Source of the DNA: Candidatus Omnitrophota bacterium
GTDB taxonomy: Bacteria; Omnitrophota; Gorgyraeia; Gorgyraeales; Gorgyraeaceae
Length of the DNA stretch: 64,000 nucleotides
Assembly: GCA_030649895.1 (NCBI GenBank)
Contig: JAUSEX010000026.1
Coordinates: 16,823 to 80,822 of the forward strand
Reading direction: 5' to 3'
A model generated the notes under the pieces. That model saw nothing but the letters and a program-made list of their open reading frames with translations. It was not told where the DNA came from and ran no database searches. The translations under genes were made by a program, and so were the position numbers. Positions within the stretch are counted from its first letter, which is position 1. Each line of letters begins with the position of its first letter. Below, in pieces: positions 1 through 9,446 of the stretch.

Positions 1-292
1 GAATGCGCTCCAGAATTTTCTGCATCACAGGCCTTGAATCCATAAAGGATATTCCGAAATCAAACCTCGCGAATCTCTTCAGCCATGCAATATACTGGAT
101 ATGAAGCGGCTTATCCAGGCCGTATAAATGCGAAATCCTCTCTCTCGCTTCCATTGAAACCTTGGGATTAAACTGCGCCTCCAGATCAGTGGGTTTCCCT
201 GGCGCGATATGAATAACGCTGAACGTAATAATAGTTATACCGAGTAAAAGCACGACCAGCCCGATAATTCTTTTTAAAATATACTTTCCCAT
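1..292 (-). CDS. Peptide/nickel ABC transporter permease, OppB/DppB family (partial, runs off window start)
   Basis: ATG at 292 on minus strand gives MGKYILKRIIGLVVLLLGITIITFSVIHIAPGKPTD, a typical OppB N-terminus; lies downstream of the binding-protein gene. Confidence 0.85.
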   Translation of the reverse strand, partial: MGKYILKRIIGLVVLLLGITIITFSVIHIAPGKPTDLEAQFNPKVSMEARERISHLYGLDKPLHIQYIAWLKRFARFDFGISFMDSRPVMQKILERI

Positions 293-338
293 TTTTTACT
301 TTCTCACCCAAACAACTGGAAAAAACGACATTGTTGGA

Positions 339-1946
339 CTAGTAGGTGTAACGCTGTTGGGCGCTAGGCACAAACCACTTTATAAAATTATGTCCTATGC
401 CGCTGGGCGCGACTTCAATGCCTTTAAAGCGGCTGTTTAATATAGGCAGGGCATCAGGAACAAATAAAAATAGATACGGCTGATCCCGATACAGGATCTC
501 GTGTATCCTGTGGTAGATAATCTTGCGCTCCTCCTGATTAAAAGTCCTTCTTCCCTTCAAAAGCAAATCATCCACTTCGGGATTGCTGTAACCTACAAAA
601 TTAAATTCGCCTTGTTTTGTTTTGGAAGAATTCCATATATCATACATGTCAGGGTCCATAGATAATCCCCATCCCAAAAGAACAGCTTCAAACCTCCTCT
701 TGTCTATAAACTCGCTGACAAACGCGCTCCATTCTATTATTTTTATTTTAACCTCGATACCTACTTCCTTAAGCCTTCTCTGAATTATTTCCAATACCAT
801 CTTGCGTTCGTCATTGCCCTGATTAGTAATAACAGTAAATGAAAATTTCATCCCGTCTTTTTCCAGGATCCCGTCTCCGTCTTTATCCATCCAGCCGGCT
901 TCTCTTAAAATCTCCCTGGCCTTTTCCGGATTATATTCCAAAGGCTTGACATCTTTATTGTACGCCCAGGATTCAGGTATAAAAGGCCCTGTTGAAACCC
1001 TGCCAAGGCCCAAAAGCACCCCTTTTATAATCTCCTCTTTGTTTATGGCGTAATTTATCGCCCGCCTCACATTGACATCTTTAAACTTCTGGTCCTTTAA
1101 GTTATATCCCATATAAGTATATCCAAAACTTGGAAAATTAAACCTCTGAAAATTCTTTTTGAAAAACTCTGTTTCTGTCTGGCGCCTGAATTGTATGGGC
1201 GTCAAAGACGAGTAATCCACTGCCTGGGCCCTTAATTCAAGAAATAGAGTCGCTGCATCAGGTATGATCCTGTAGATATACCTGTCTATATGAGGCCGGC
1301 CTTCAAAATAACCGCGATTAGAAACCAGCTCCACCCTTTCGCCTGTCTTCCATAATTTAAATTTATATGGCCCTGTGCCGATAGGATTTCTGGCGAATTT
1401 TGTAGTATTAAGGTCTTCTCTTTCCAATAAATGCCTGGGCATAATATTCATTCCCCAGCTGGCAAGCCCTGGACTAAAAGGCTCTTTGTAATAAACCTTT
1501 AATGTGTAATCGTCTACAACCTCAAGATTTTTTACCATCAGAAAATCCCCGCCGTAAGGGGTTCTCACTGCTGGATTAATCAGACTTTTATAGGTAAACT
1601 CCACGTCTTTGGAGGTAAACAGTTCTCCATCGTGCCACTTAACGCCTTTTCTTAAATAAAACGTGATCTCGAGTCCATCCTGCGAGACTTCCCATTTTTC
1701 TGCGAGGTCTCCTGTAAGATTCAGATCTTTATCGTATTTTATAAGGCCGTTAAAAATAAGGCTACAGATAGTGCCTGAAGAACTGTCAGACGCAAGGATC
1801 GGCACAAAGGTTCTTGGCTCGCCTATGGACCCCGTAACTATAGCGTCACCGTAATCAGGCGTAAACCCAAGCAAAAATAAAACCATAAATAAAAAGGCCG
1901 TCCGCCTAAGGCGGACGGCTAATATATTGTTAGTATATTTGTTCAT
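339..1946 (-). CDS. ABC transporter peptide-binding protein (SBP family 5)
   Basis: IFNGLIKYD..LAEKW..GVKWHDG..GTGPYK motifs. The ORF-track start (1973) lies inside a repeat, so 1946 (or 1886) is more likely. Confidence 0.9.
   Translation of the reverse strand: MNKYTNNILAVRLRRTAFLFMVLFLLGFTPDYGDAIVTGSIGEPRTFVPILASDSSSGTICSLIFNGLIKYDKDLNLTGDLAEKWEVSQDGLEITFYLRKGVKWHDGELFTSKDVEFTYKSLINPAVRTPYGGDFLMVKNLEVVDDYTLKVYYKEPFSPGLASWGMNIMPRHLLEREDLNTTKFARNPIGTGPYKFKLWKTGERVELVSNRGYFEGRPHIDRYIYRIIPDAATLFLELRAQAVDYSSLTPIQFRRQTETEFFKKNFQRFNFPSFGYTYMGYNLKDQKFKDVNVRRAINYAINKEEIIKGVLLGLGRVSTGPFIPESWAYNKDVKPLEYNPEKAREILREAGWMDKDGDGILEKDGMKFSFTVITNQGNDERKMVLEIIQRRLKEVGIEVKIKIIEWSAFVSEFIDKRRFEAVLLGWGLSMDPDMYDIWNSSKTKQGEFNFVGYSNPEVDDLLLKGRRTFNQEERKIIYHRIHEILYRDQPYLFLFVPDALPILNSRFKGIEVAPSGIGHNFIKWFVPSAQQRYTY
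1897..1919. repeat. Short palindrome GCCGTCCGCC-TAA-GGCGGACGGC (CCGCC/GGCGG type)
   Basis: Perfect 10-bp arms; GC-rich island in an AT-rich 5' region. Confidence 0.7.
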
Positions 1947-1953
1947 ACAATGG

Positions 1954-2025
1954 AAAATAGGGACAGCGACCATTTTTAAAACAGTAGGAACTAAAAAAAT
2001 AAAAAATGGTCGCTGTCCCTATTTT
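1954..2025. repeat. Inverted-repeat element, AATAGGGAC..GTCCCTATT family
   Basis: 24-bp perfect arms at 1954-1977 and 2002-2025; supplies the secG stop codon. Confidence 0.85.
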
Positions 2026-2339
2026 ACAGGTTCTGCCGGAGTCGGAACTTGAGCCTCTGGCGCAGCAGTAGTAGCCTGCGGTATACTTACATTATCTACT
2101 ATAGATTTGGTTTTATGGCTTGATATAACTGCCAGGCTGATACAAGTGACTATAAATCCTATGGCACACACAGCAGTAAGCTTAGTAAGGACCGTCGTGC
2201 TTTTTGTTCCAAACATGTTCTGCATCTGAGAGCCGCCAAATGTATCTGCAACGCCTCCTCCCTTACCTGCCTGCAGCAATATCACAGCAATCAAAAAAAG
2301 GCTGATAATCACATGGATTACGATTAAAATAGAATACAT
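2019..2339 (-). CDS. secG: Preprotein translocase subunit SecG
   Basis: ILLQAGKGGG..FGG motif, two TM helices, follows tpiA. Confidence 0.95.
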   Translation of the reverse strand: MYSILIVIHVIISLFLIAVILLQAGKGGGVADTFGGSQMQNMFGTKSTTVLTKLTAVCAIGFIVTCISLAVISSHKTKSIVDNVSIPQATTAAPEAQVPTPAEPVK

Positions 2340-2357
2340 CTAAGAACCCCTTCCTAT

Positions 2358-2378
2358 TATCCACCTGTCAGGTGGATA
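2358..2378. repeat. Palindrome TATCCACCTG-T-CAGGTGGATA
   Basis: Perfect 10-bp arms; 16 nt identical to the element inside fmt (20294-20309). Confidence 0.75.
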
Positions 2379-2386
2379 TGGTGACG

Positions 2387-3145
2387 TTATAATATAGAAT
2401 TCTCTACGATCTGGACAAAGGTATTCACATCCAGGCTTGCGCCGCCCACAAGAGCGCCGTCGATATCTTCCTCTGACATTAATTTGGCTATGTTGTCCGG
2501 CTTTACGCTTCCGCCATACTGAATCCTGACCTTCATCGAAGTCTCTTTTTCGAAATTCTTCTCTATAAAATCTCTTATAAATTTATGCGCCTCCTGCGCC
2601 TGCTGAGGAGTAGCTGTCCTGCCTGTGCCTATCGCCCACACAGGCTCATACGCGATAATAAGCCTTGCCGCTTCTTCTTTCATTAAATCCTTAAGACCTC
2701 TCGTAAGCTGTTTTTCAAGGATCTCGTAAGTTGTGCCATTGTCTCTTTCTTCCAGCCTTTCTCCAATACACATTATAGGAATCATGCCATATCTTAGCAC
2801 TACTTTTACTTTTTTATTTACAGCCTCATCTGTTTCTCCAAATAAACTCCTTCGCTCAGAATGTCCGACAATTACATATCTGACTCTTGCATCCTTTAAC
2901 ATTTTAGGAGAAACCTCTCCTGTAAAAGCGCCTTCCTCTTCCCAGTAAACATCCTGGGCGCCCAGCATAATACTTGAATCAGAAATCTCATCGCCTACCT
3001 TGCTCAAGGCTGTAAAAGGAGGGCAGATTACGATATCAGCTTCTCCAAACGTGTAAAATTTTCTCTTCAGCCCAACAGCTATATCGAGAGCGTCCTGAAT
3101 TGTCTTATGCATCTTCCAATTCCCTGCAATAATAGGCCTTCTCAT
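2387..3145 (-). CDS. tpiA: Triosephosphate isomerase
   Basis: AGNWKM, GHSERR, AYEPVWAIGTG, YGGSV motifs. Confidence 0.99.
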   Translation of the reverse strand: MRRPIIAGNWKMHKTIQDALDIAVGLKRKFYTFGEADIVICPPFTALSKVGDEISDSSIMLGAQDVYWEEEGAFTGEVSPKMLKDARVRYVIVGHSERRSLFGETDEAVNKKVKVVLRYGMIPIMCIGERLEERDNGTTYEILEKQLTRGLKDLMKEEAARLIIAYEPVWAIGTGRTATPQQAQEAHKFIRDFIEKNFEKETSMKVRIQYGGSVKPDNIAKLMSEEDIDGALVGGASLDVNTFVQIVENSIL

Positions 3146-3158
3146 ATTTTTTTACCTT

Positions 3159-4340
3159 TTATTTATCGTTTAAGGCAGCTACCCCGGGAAGGACTTTGCC
3201 TTCCATGTATTCCAATGACGCCCCGCCGCCTGTAGAGATATGCGTCATAGCGTGTTCCAGTCCAAATTTTGCTATTGCGCTAGCTGTATCGCCTCCGCCT
3301 ATAATACTGATCGTTTTAAGGCCTGCTATAAATCTTGCCACATCTTCTGTGCCTCTTGAAAATTTGGTTATCTCAAATACCCCTAAAGGCCCGTTCCATA
3401 TAACCATCTTTGCGTTTCTCAATTCTTTTTTAAACTCGTCCACTGTCTTTGGCCCAACGTCCAAGGCCATCCATCCCTGAGGTATAGTGTCAGTCACGAC
3501 CTTTGTATTGCTAACAGCGTCGAATTTATCAGCAATAAGATGGTCCACGGGTAATACAATTTTAACGCCAAGCTCCTTCGCCTTTTTCATGATAGACTTC
3601 GCAATATCAATTTTATCCGCCTCAAGCTTTGAGCTGCCTATCTCCATTCCCTGGGCCTTTAAAAACGTATACGCCATTCCACCGCCGATAAGAATAGTGT
3701 CCACCTTTTTCATTAGGTTTTCAATGACCATTATCTTATCAGAAACCTTTGCGCCTCCTAAAATAGCCACAAAAGGTTTTGGCGGATTTGAAAACGCTTT
3801 TTCAAAGTACTCTATCTCTTTCGCCAGTAAAAACCCTGCCACGCAGATCTTTATATATTTTGTAACGCCTTCCGTGGAAGCGTGTGCCCTGTGAGCTGTT
3901 CCAAATGCGTCATTTACGTAAATCTCTCCCAAGTTAGCCAGCTTTTTAGCAAACTCAGGATCGTTCTTTTCTTCCTCCGGGTGAAATCTTAGATTTTCAA
4001 GCAACGCTACATCCCCGTCTTTCATGGCTGAAGCAGCCTTTTGAACCTCAGGCCCTATGCAATCATCCAGTTTCTGAACAGGTTTTCCCAGAAGTTCTGA
4101 AAGCCTTTTAGCGACAGGCGTAAGTCTTTCTGATTCATTGACGCCTTTCGGCCTTCCCAAATGGCTCATCAGTATAAGCCTTGCGCCATTATCAATAGCA
4201 TATTTTATGGTAGGCACTGCCGCGGTTATTCTCGTATCGTCTTCAATCTTCAGGTCTTTATCGAGCGGCACATTAAAATCCACCCTCATTAAGACCCGCT
4301 TACTTTTGATATTTATGTCTTTAATGGTCTTTTTGTCCAC
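3159..4340 (-). CDS. pgk: Phosphoglycerate kinase
   Basis: [34 protein letters not shown] motifs; GTG start. Confidence 0.99.
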   Translation of the reverse strand: MDKKTIKDINIKSKRVLMRVDFNVPLDKDLKIEDDTRITAAVPTIKYAIDNGARLILMSHLGRPKGVNESERLTPVAKRLSELLGKPVQKLDDCIGPEVQKAASAMKDGDVALLENLRFHPEEEKNDPEFAKKLANLGEIYVNDAFGTAHRAHASTEGVTKYIKICVAGFLLAKEIEYFEKAFSNPPKPFVAILGGAKVSDKIMVIENLMKKVDTILIGGGMAYTFLKAQGMEIGSSKLEADKIDIAKSIMKKAKELGVKIVLPVDHLIADKFDAVSNTKVVTDTIPQGWMALDVGPKTVDEFKKELRNAKMVIWNGPLGVFEITKFSRGTEDVARFIAGLKTISIIGGGDTASAIAKFGLEHAMTHISTGGGASLEYMEGKVLPGVAALNDK

Positions 4341-4408
4341 ACCCCTAACCCTCCGTATATATGAGATATTATATATAACATATATCCTTATTTAAATCAA
4401 CTAAAAAA

Positions 4409-6424
4409 TCAAATTGACCAGACAATACTAAGATTAATTTCTTTGCCGCTTGGGATCTCGAGGCTCCATCTGGGCAATATGCAGGACGCCTGAAAGTTGA
4501 GCTCGTAAGCCCTTTCAGACTGGGATACTGTCTTGACCGGGAAATACCATATGTTTTCCGGCTTTTTTGAAAATGTAAAATAAATGTCTATCTCTTTTCC
4601 TGAATCCTTTATTGAAAACGAATCAGTCCCTGGAACCGCGCCCTTTTCATTGAGGCTAGCCAGAATTTTATCGCCTGCGGAATAACTATATCTATCTGAA
4701 TTTAAATAAGGCATTGTCAGATTGAATTCTATCCCAAAAACAGTCTCTATGGCGTCCTTGCTTAAATTTCTTAAACTATACAATATTTCTACCTGCTTCC
4801 TGCCTTTTAATTTTATTTCTTTTGTAACAGCTATGGCCTTACCATCCGCTTTACCTTCCCTCGCAAGCGCAACTTTATCTTTTCCCTTATTAGCCTTATA
4901 ACTTGCATTTATAAAATCTCCTGATTCTTTAGACTTACAATCTATAAAATCGTCTAACCCTGTTGACCTATCGATAAAATGGTCTATAAGGCATCCTCTT
5001 ACATGGCTATCATAACAAAATTCGGATTTAAGCCCCGGGTCGATAACCTTGGTATCTTCGTGAATAGTGCGCACAGCTTTTGCGTCACCGGATTCCCCCA
5101 TCTTTGCCAGTATTTTTTTGTGATACGTTTCTTCATGCCTCGCTATCGAATTGATAAGGTTCGTAGATACTTTTTTTGCGTCCAATTCCCTTATTATCCC
5201 GCCTTTGTCAGGGTCTATACACAAAGAAATCTCTTCATTCTCAATAATAAATGCCTTTTTGCCGTCCTCATAAAAATCTAACTCTTTTATCTCGACCCAG
5301 CCTTTTTTAGCTTTATGTAAAATCTTGTCTGCTATTTTTTCAGCATTTATAAGATGCTCGTAGATAGCCTTCCTTAAATGATAAAGATATAGCCCTCCGA
5401 ATACGCCATGCCAGTAAGCGCAGTTACATTGGCCTTTATATAATTCCCGTAGAGCCAGTTTTGGCTGAAGGCCGAAGGCTGAAGGCTTAATAGAATTTAC
5501 TTTTTTGCTCACATAATGCATTTTTCTGGCCATCTGATTGGCTTCAGGATAAATTCTCAGGAAATTCAGCCATGAACCATGCGACCACTCCATCATCTCC
5601 TGATATGACGCGTCAGGTATCCTTATTTTTTTCACAGGCGAATTTGAATTCAGATAATCCGACAATTTAATAGTAACAACCCAATCCTTATTCCTGGTTA
5701 ATTCCTCAAAGAATTTATTAAGCCAGTTCTGCTTATAGACCCAGTCATAGGTGAAAGGCCATTCCCCGAATTTTTCAGCGTCATCTCCGTATGTAAACAA
5801 AGGCTCATGCCTTCTTGAAGAAATTCCTTTAAAATAATCCATGATCTCGCCTGGCATTTTAAAAGGTATCATGTAGCGCAGCCTTTTGCTTGAAGGGAAG
5901 ATAGCTATCTCTTTATTTTTTTCGCCTGTTGTAAAATAACCGAACAGTTCATCTATATGCAAACCTGCTTCTATAAAATGCTCATCGTCAAGAATAGAAT
6001 ATTTCATGCCGGCCTTATTGAAATCCTTGGCAAGTTCAGGAGCCCAAACCCTTTCAGGCGTCCACATGCCTTGGGCTTTTTGGCCGAATCGTTTTTTTAC
6101 ATAATCAGCCATCATCTTTATCTGGCCGATCCTGTCAATTTCCGGTATGCTTGTAAAAATAGGTTCGTAGTAACCGCCTCCTATGATTTCCACCTGGCGC
6201 CTGTCAACCATGGCTTTAACTCTGTCCATATAATCAGGATGCTTGTCCTCAAAATAATCCAGAAGACATCCTGAAAAATGAAACGCCATTTTTATATCAG
6301 GGTATTTCTCGAATACGTCAAGGAAAGGCTTATAGCAATTTTGATAGGCCCTCTCTACAATATTATCAAAATTACCTACAGGCTGGTGAAAATGCAAACA
6401 CATCCCAAAGTAAACTTTATTCAT
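4409..6424 (-). CDS. GH57 4-alpha-glucanotransferase/alpha-amylase with C-terminal DUF1925/DUF1926 domains
   Basis: HFHQP, GGGYYEPI, WTPERVW (nucleophile), DDAEKFG (acid/base), QCNCAYWHGVFGGLY, TVSQSE. Confidence 0.9.
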   Translation of the reverse strand: MNKVYFGMCLHFHQPVGNFDNIVERAYQNCYKPFLDVFEKYPDIKMAFHFSGCLLDYFEDKHPDYMDRVKAMVDRRQVEIIGGGYYEPIFTSIPEIDRIGQIKMMADYVKKRFGQKAQGMWTPERVWAPELAKDFNKAGMKYSILDDEHFIEAGLHIDELFGYFTTGEKNKEIAIFPSSKRLRYMIPFKMPGEIMDYFKGISSRRHEPLFTYGDDAEKFGEWPFTYDWVYKQNWLNKFFEELTRNKDWVVTIKLSDYLNSNSPVKKIRIPDASYQEMMEWSHGSWLNFLRIYPEANQMARKMHYVSKKVNSIKPSAFGLQPKLALRELYKGQCNCAYWHGVFGGLYLYHLRKAIYEHLINAEKIADKILHKAKKGWVEIKELDFYEDGKKAFIIENEEISLCIDPDKGGIIRELDAKKVSTNLINSIARHEETYHKKILAKMGESGDAKAVRTIHEDTKVIDPGLKSEFCYDSHVRGCLIDHFIDRSTGLDDFIDCKSKESGDFINASYKANKGKDKVALAREGKADGKAIAVTKEIKLKGRKQVEILYSLRNLSKDAIETVFGIEFNLTMPYLNSDRYSYSAGDKILASLNEKGAVPGTDSFSIKDSGKEIDIYFTFSKKPENIWYFPVKTVSQSERAYELNFQASCILPRWSLEIPSGKEINLSIVWSI

Positions 6425-6435
6425 ATATATAACCC

Positions 6436-6479
6436 ATCCGACTCACGAAGTCGCCATACGGCGACTTCGTGAGTCGGAT
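6436..6479. repeat. Hairpin ATCCGACTCACGAAGTCGCC-ATAC-GGCGACTTCGTGAGTCGGAT (doublet of the CGACTYCGTGAGTCG family)
   Basis: 20-bp perfect arms; related singlets at 24885 and 58573. Confidence 0.85.
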
Positions 6480-6487
6480 AAGGTTCT

Positions 6488-7924
6488 TTATAGGTTTTTA
6501 TATAGTTTCAGATATTTTTCTGCTGATGATTCCCAGGAAAAATCGCAGGATACGCAGTTTTTGAGAAGCGCGCCCCAAAGTTTTTTATCCTTAAACGTGG
6601 CTACTGCTTCTTTAATGGCCTCTAAAAACGCCTCATTGGTAGCGTCTTTAAATTTGAACCCGTTTCCTTTTTTAGCGGAAGGGTCGAAATTCTGTATAGT
6701 ATCGTCCAGTCCGCCCACCGCCCTTACCACGGGCACGGTCGCATATTTCAGGCTATACATCTGATTTAGTCCGCAAGGCTCATATCTGGAAGGCATTAAA
6801 AACATATCTGCCCCAGCCTCTATTTTATGAGACAGGGCATTGTCAAATTTTATACTGACGCCTACATTGCCCTTATGCTTCTTAGCCATATCCTGAAATA
6901 TCTTATTATATTTTTCGTCGCCGAACCCAAGGATTACAAAATCAGAATCTTTCAGTATATCCTTCATGATATTTACAACCAAGTCTATGCCTTTCTGTTC
7001 CGCGAGACGGGTTATCATCGCTAGAATCGGCCTCTTTGCGTTATATTTTATTTCAAATGTCTTGGCAAGGTCTTTTTTGCATTCTTCCTTAGCTTTCAAA
7101 TCCTCTTCGTTGAATTTCTTAGCTATAAACTGGTCCACTGCCGGATTCCAGACAGAATAATCAACTCCATTCACTATCCCATGAAGGTCTTTTTCTCTGG
7201 TCTTTAACAAGCCATCCAGCCCGCATCCGAATTCAGTAGTCAGGATTTCTTTGCTATAGCCCTTGCTCACAGTGCTTATCGCGTCTGAAAAAACTACGCC
7301 TGTTTTCATAAAGCTTATCTTATCCCAGAATTCAATCTTGTCCTGATTAAACAAATCCCAGGATATATCAAGATACGGAACTACATCTTTGATAAAAAGC
7401 CCTTGATAAGCCATGTTATGTATCGTGAACAGCACTTTTACATTATTAAACAACGGGTCATCTTTATAATGGGTCTTTATATATAAAGGCACCAGGCCTG
7501 ACTGCCAATCATTGCAATGAAATATGTCCTGTCTGCCTATGTAAGGTATAGACGCCAGTATTGCCTTTGCGTAAAAACCGAACCTAAAGGCATTGTCCTG
7601 GTAATCGCCCTTAGGCGTGCCGTATAAAAATTCCCTGTCGTAATATTCATTTTTCTCTATAAAATACACGTCCACGCCGTTATGTTTTAAAAGGAGCAGA
7701 TTGAAAAGCTCTTCCCTGTTATTTATCTTCAAAGAGATATTTTTCTTAAACATAACGGGCTTAAAACCGTTTTTCTTAACCAACTGATAGAAAGGCATGA
7801 TCGTACTCGTCTTATGGCCTTTTTTAACAATAGCCTCTGGCAGCGCACCTACTACATCAGCTAAACCGCCGGTCTTAGCGAACGGAAAAACCTCCGGGGA
7901 AATAAATAAAATGTTCATTTTCAT
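6488..7924 (-). CDS. glgA: Glycogen synthase (GT5, ADP-glucose type)
   Basis: KTGGLADV, HCNDWQ, TIHNMAYQG, PSRYEPCGLNQMY. Confidence 0.97.
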   Translation of the reverse strand: MKMNILFISPEVFPFAKTGGLADVVGALPEAIVKKGHKTSTIMPFYQLVKKNGFKPVMFKKNISLKINNREELFNLLLLKHNGVDVYFIEKNEYYDREFLYGTPKGDYQDNAFRFGFYAKAILASIPYIGRQDIFHCNDWQSGLVPLYIKTHYKDDPLFNNVKVLFTIHNMAYQGLFIKDVVPYLDISWDLFNQDKIEFWDKISFMKTGVVFSDAISTVSKGYSKEILTTEFGCGLDGLLKTREKDLHGIVNGVDYSVWNPAVDQFIAKKFNEEDLKAKEECKKDLAKTFEIKYNAKRPILAMITRLAEQKGIDLVVNIMKDILKDSDFVILGFGDEKYNKIFQDMAKKHKGNVGVSIKFDNALSHKIEAGADMFLMPSRYEPCGLNQMYSLKYATVPVVRAVGGLDDTIQNFDPSAKKGNGFKFKDATNEAFLEAIKEAVATFKDKKLWGALLKNCVSCDFSWESSAEKYLKLYKNL

Positions 7925-7937
7925 CCTTTCTTTGCCT

Positions 7938-7982
7938 ATCCCGCTCTCCGGACGGGAATCATTCTGTCCGGGGGAACGGGAT
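7938..7982. repeat. Imperfect GC-rich hairpin ATCCCG..CGGGAT
   Basis: ~20-bp imperfect stem filling the intergenic gap. Confidence 0.65.
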
Positions 7983-7989
7983 CAAGCTG

Positions 7990-9201
7990 TCATTGCAGAA
8001 TTTCGTCCCTGATTTTGCTGGCTATATGCCTTGCAGCAATCACTTTCCCGTAGCATTTTTTCTTTTCGAAATTCCTGCACCCTGAGCTGGCAACTGCCAG
8101 GTACGCATTAAACACTACTTCCTCTTGAAGGATAAGGCCTTTATTTACAAGATTTTCGCTCCACATCCTGCCTTTATTAGCCCACCAGAACTGGCAGCTG
8201 TGCAAAGCCATGTCCAGGTTTTCCCTGGCTGTATTAAAAAATTGCGCTGACTTTTCATTATCATTCTTATCTTCCGCTTCCCGGAATATCTCCAGGCATG
8301 TATCCATATATTCCCACTGCAGCCTGTGGATTGTATTGTGAGGCGTGTTCCATAGTGGATAATAGTTTCCCGCCATTATTTCTTCATTGGAGGTGCTCCA
8401 GGAAGAAGGCCTGGGAGGCTTTACCTTAACTGCTGGAAATATTTCCGATAAATCGCTGATCTTAACCACCTTTACTTCCTTTGAATCTCTTATTATTTCA
8501 TACGCTTTCCCCAAAAACATATTTTCCCAGCCATGGATATGATGGCCGAACGTTTCCGCGTCCATAGCCGTTATTATATAAGCATTTTCCTTGCCTTCCG
8601 CCAATTCTTTAATCCTTGACACAAACCCCGCGGCATCTATATTTTTAAAACTTATCATATTGCTGATTATATCGTCTCTGAAAAATACCTTCATGGAACC
8701 TGAGCCAAGCTTAAAATTTGACGTATAATCCATAGGCCATTTCCCCTGGCATGCGATCCCGCTCACTATAACCCACTCATAACCCATGCCTCTTACAATA
8801 GAGCCTGCTGCGTCAGAGTAGCACATCTCTGGCGGGAAAAATCCTTTTGGCTTATAGCTGTCTTTAAAAAAAGACAGGTTTGTTTTTTTATTCAGCTCTA
8901 TCTGCCTCCTGGCTTCATTCTCGGGTATCAAAGGTAGTATCGCGTGAAATTTCGCTGATTCTGTAAATTCTATCTGTCCAAGCCTGCCTAGTTCCATAAG
9001 GCCGGTTGGGACATCTCCAAAGCCATGATCAGCCAGCATCTCAGTCAGCACCCCGCACATATTTATCGTAACCCTGGATTCGGGATGATCTTTAAAGACC
9101 TTAACCAGAGGCCTGTAAGATTCTTCACAAATCTTTGCCAATACGCCATGCGACTGCGTCGGAGGTTGATAAAAATGTAAAAGCGGCGCCCAATATATCA
9201 T
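7990..9201 (-). CDS. GH57 alpha-amylase-like protein
   Basis: LHFYQPP, GFFPPEM, AMDAETFGHH, HSCQFWWA. Confidence 0.85.
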   Translation of the reverse strand: MIYWAPLLHFYQPPTQSHGVLAKICEESYRPLVKVFKDHPESRVTINMCGVLTEMLADHGFGDVPTGLMELGRLGQIEFTESAKFHAILPLIPENEARRQIELNKKTNLSFFKDSYKPKGFFPPEMCYSDAAGSIVRGMGYEWVIVSGIACQGKWPMDYTSNFKLGSGSMKVFFRDDIISNMISFKNIDAAGFVSRIKELAEGKENAYIITAMDAETFGHHIHGWENMFLGKAYEIIRDSKEVKVVKISDLSEIFPAVKVKPPRPSSWSTSNEEIMAGNYYPLWNTPHNTIHRLQWEYMDTCLEIFREAEDKNDNEKSAQFFNTARENLDMALHSCQFWWANKGRMWSENLVNKGLILQEEVVFNAYLAVASSGCRNFEKKKCYGKVIAARHIASKIRDEILQ

Positions 9202-9386
9202 TTCATACCTAGTTCTTCTTTAGCTAATCTTTCAGCTTTAAGCCAGTCTTCCAGATCGTTTCCTGACTTACAGCCCCTTTTTTCATAAATCTCATACGCC
9301 TTTTTCTGGACTAGCTGCATAAATTCTTCGCGGCTTACCCTGTTTTCATTATCCAGCGACAGTATCTTTTTTAGTTTCTTTAACAT
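9198..9386 (-). CDS. DUF2934 small protein
   Basis: KKAYEIYEKRG..G.DLEDWLKAE signature; GGAGG RBS. Confidence 0.85.
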   Translation of the reverse strand: MLKKLKKILSLDNENRVSREEFMQLVQKKAYEIYEKRGCKSGNDLEDWLKAERLAKEELGMK

Positions 9387-9446
9387 TTATCCTCCTCTGT
9401 TACGTTTCATTGACTATATCAGATAACAAAATCTCTGTCAACGAGT

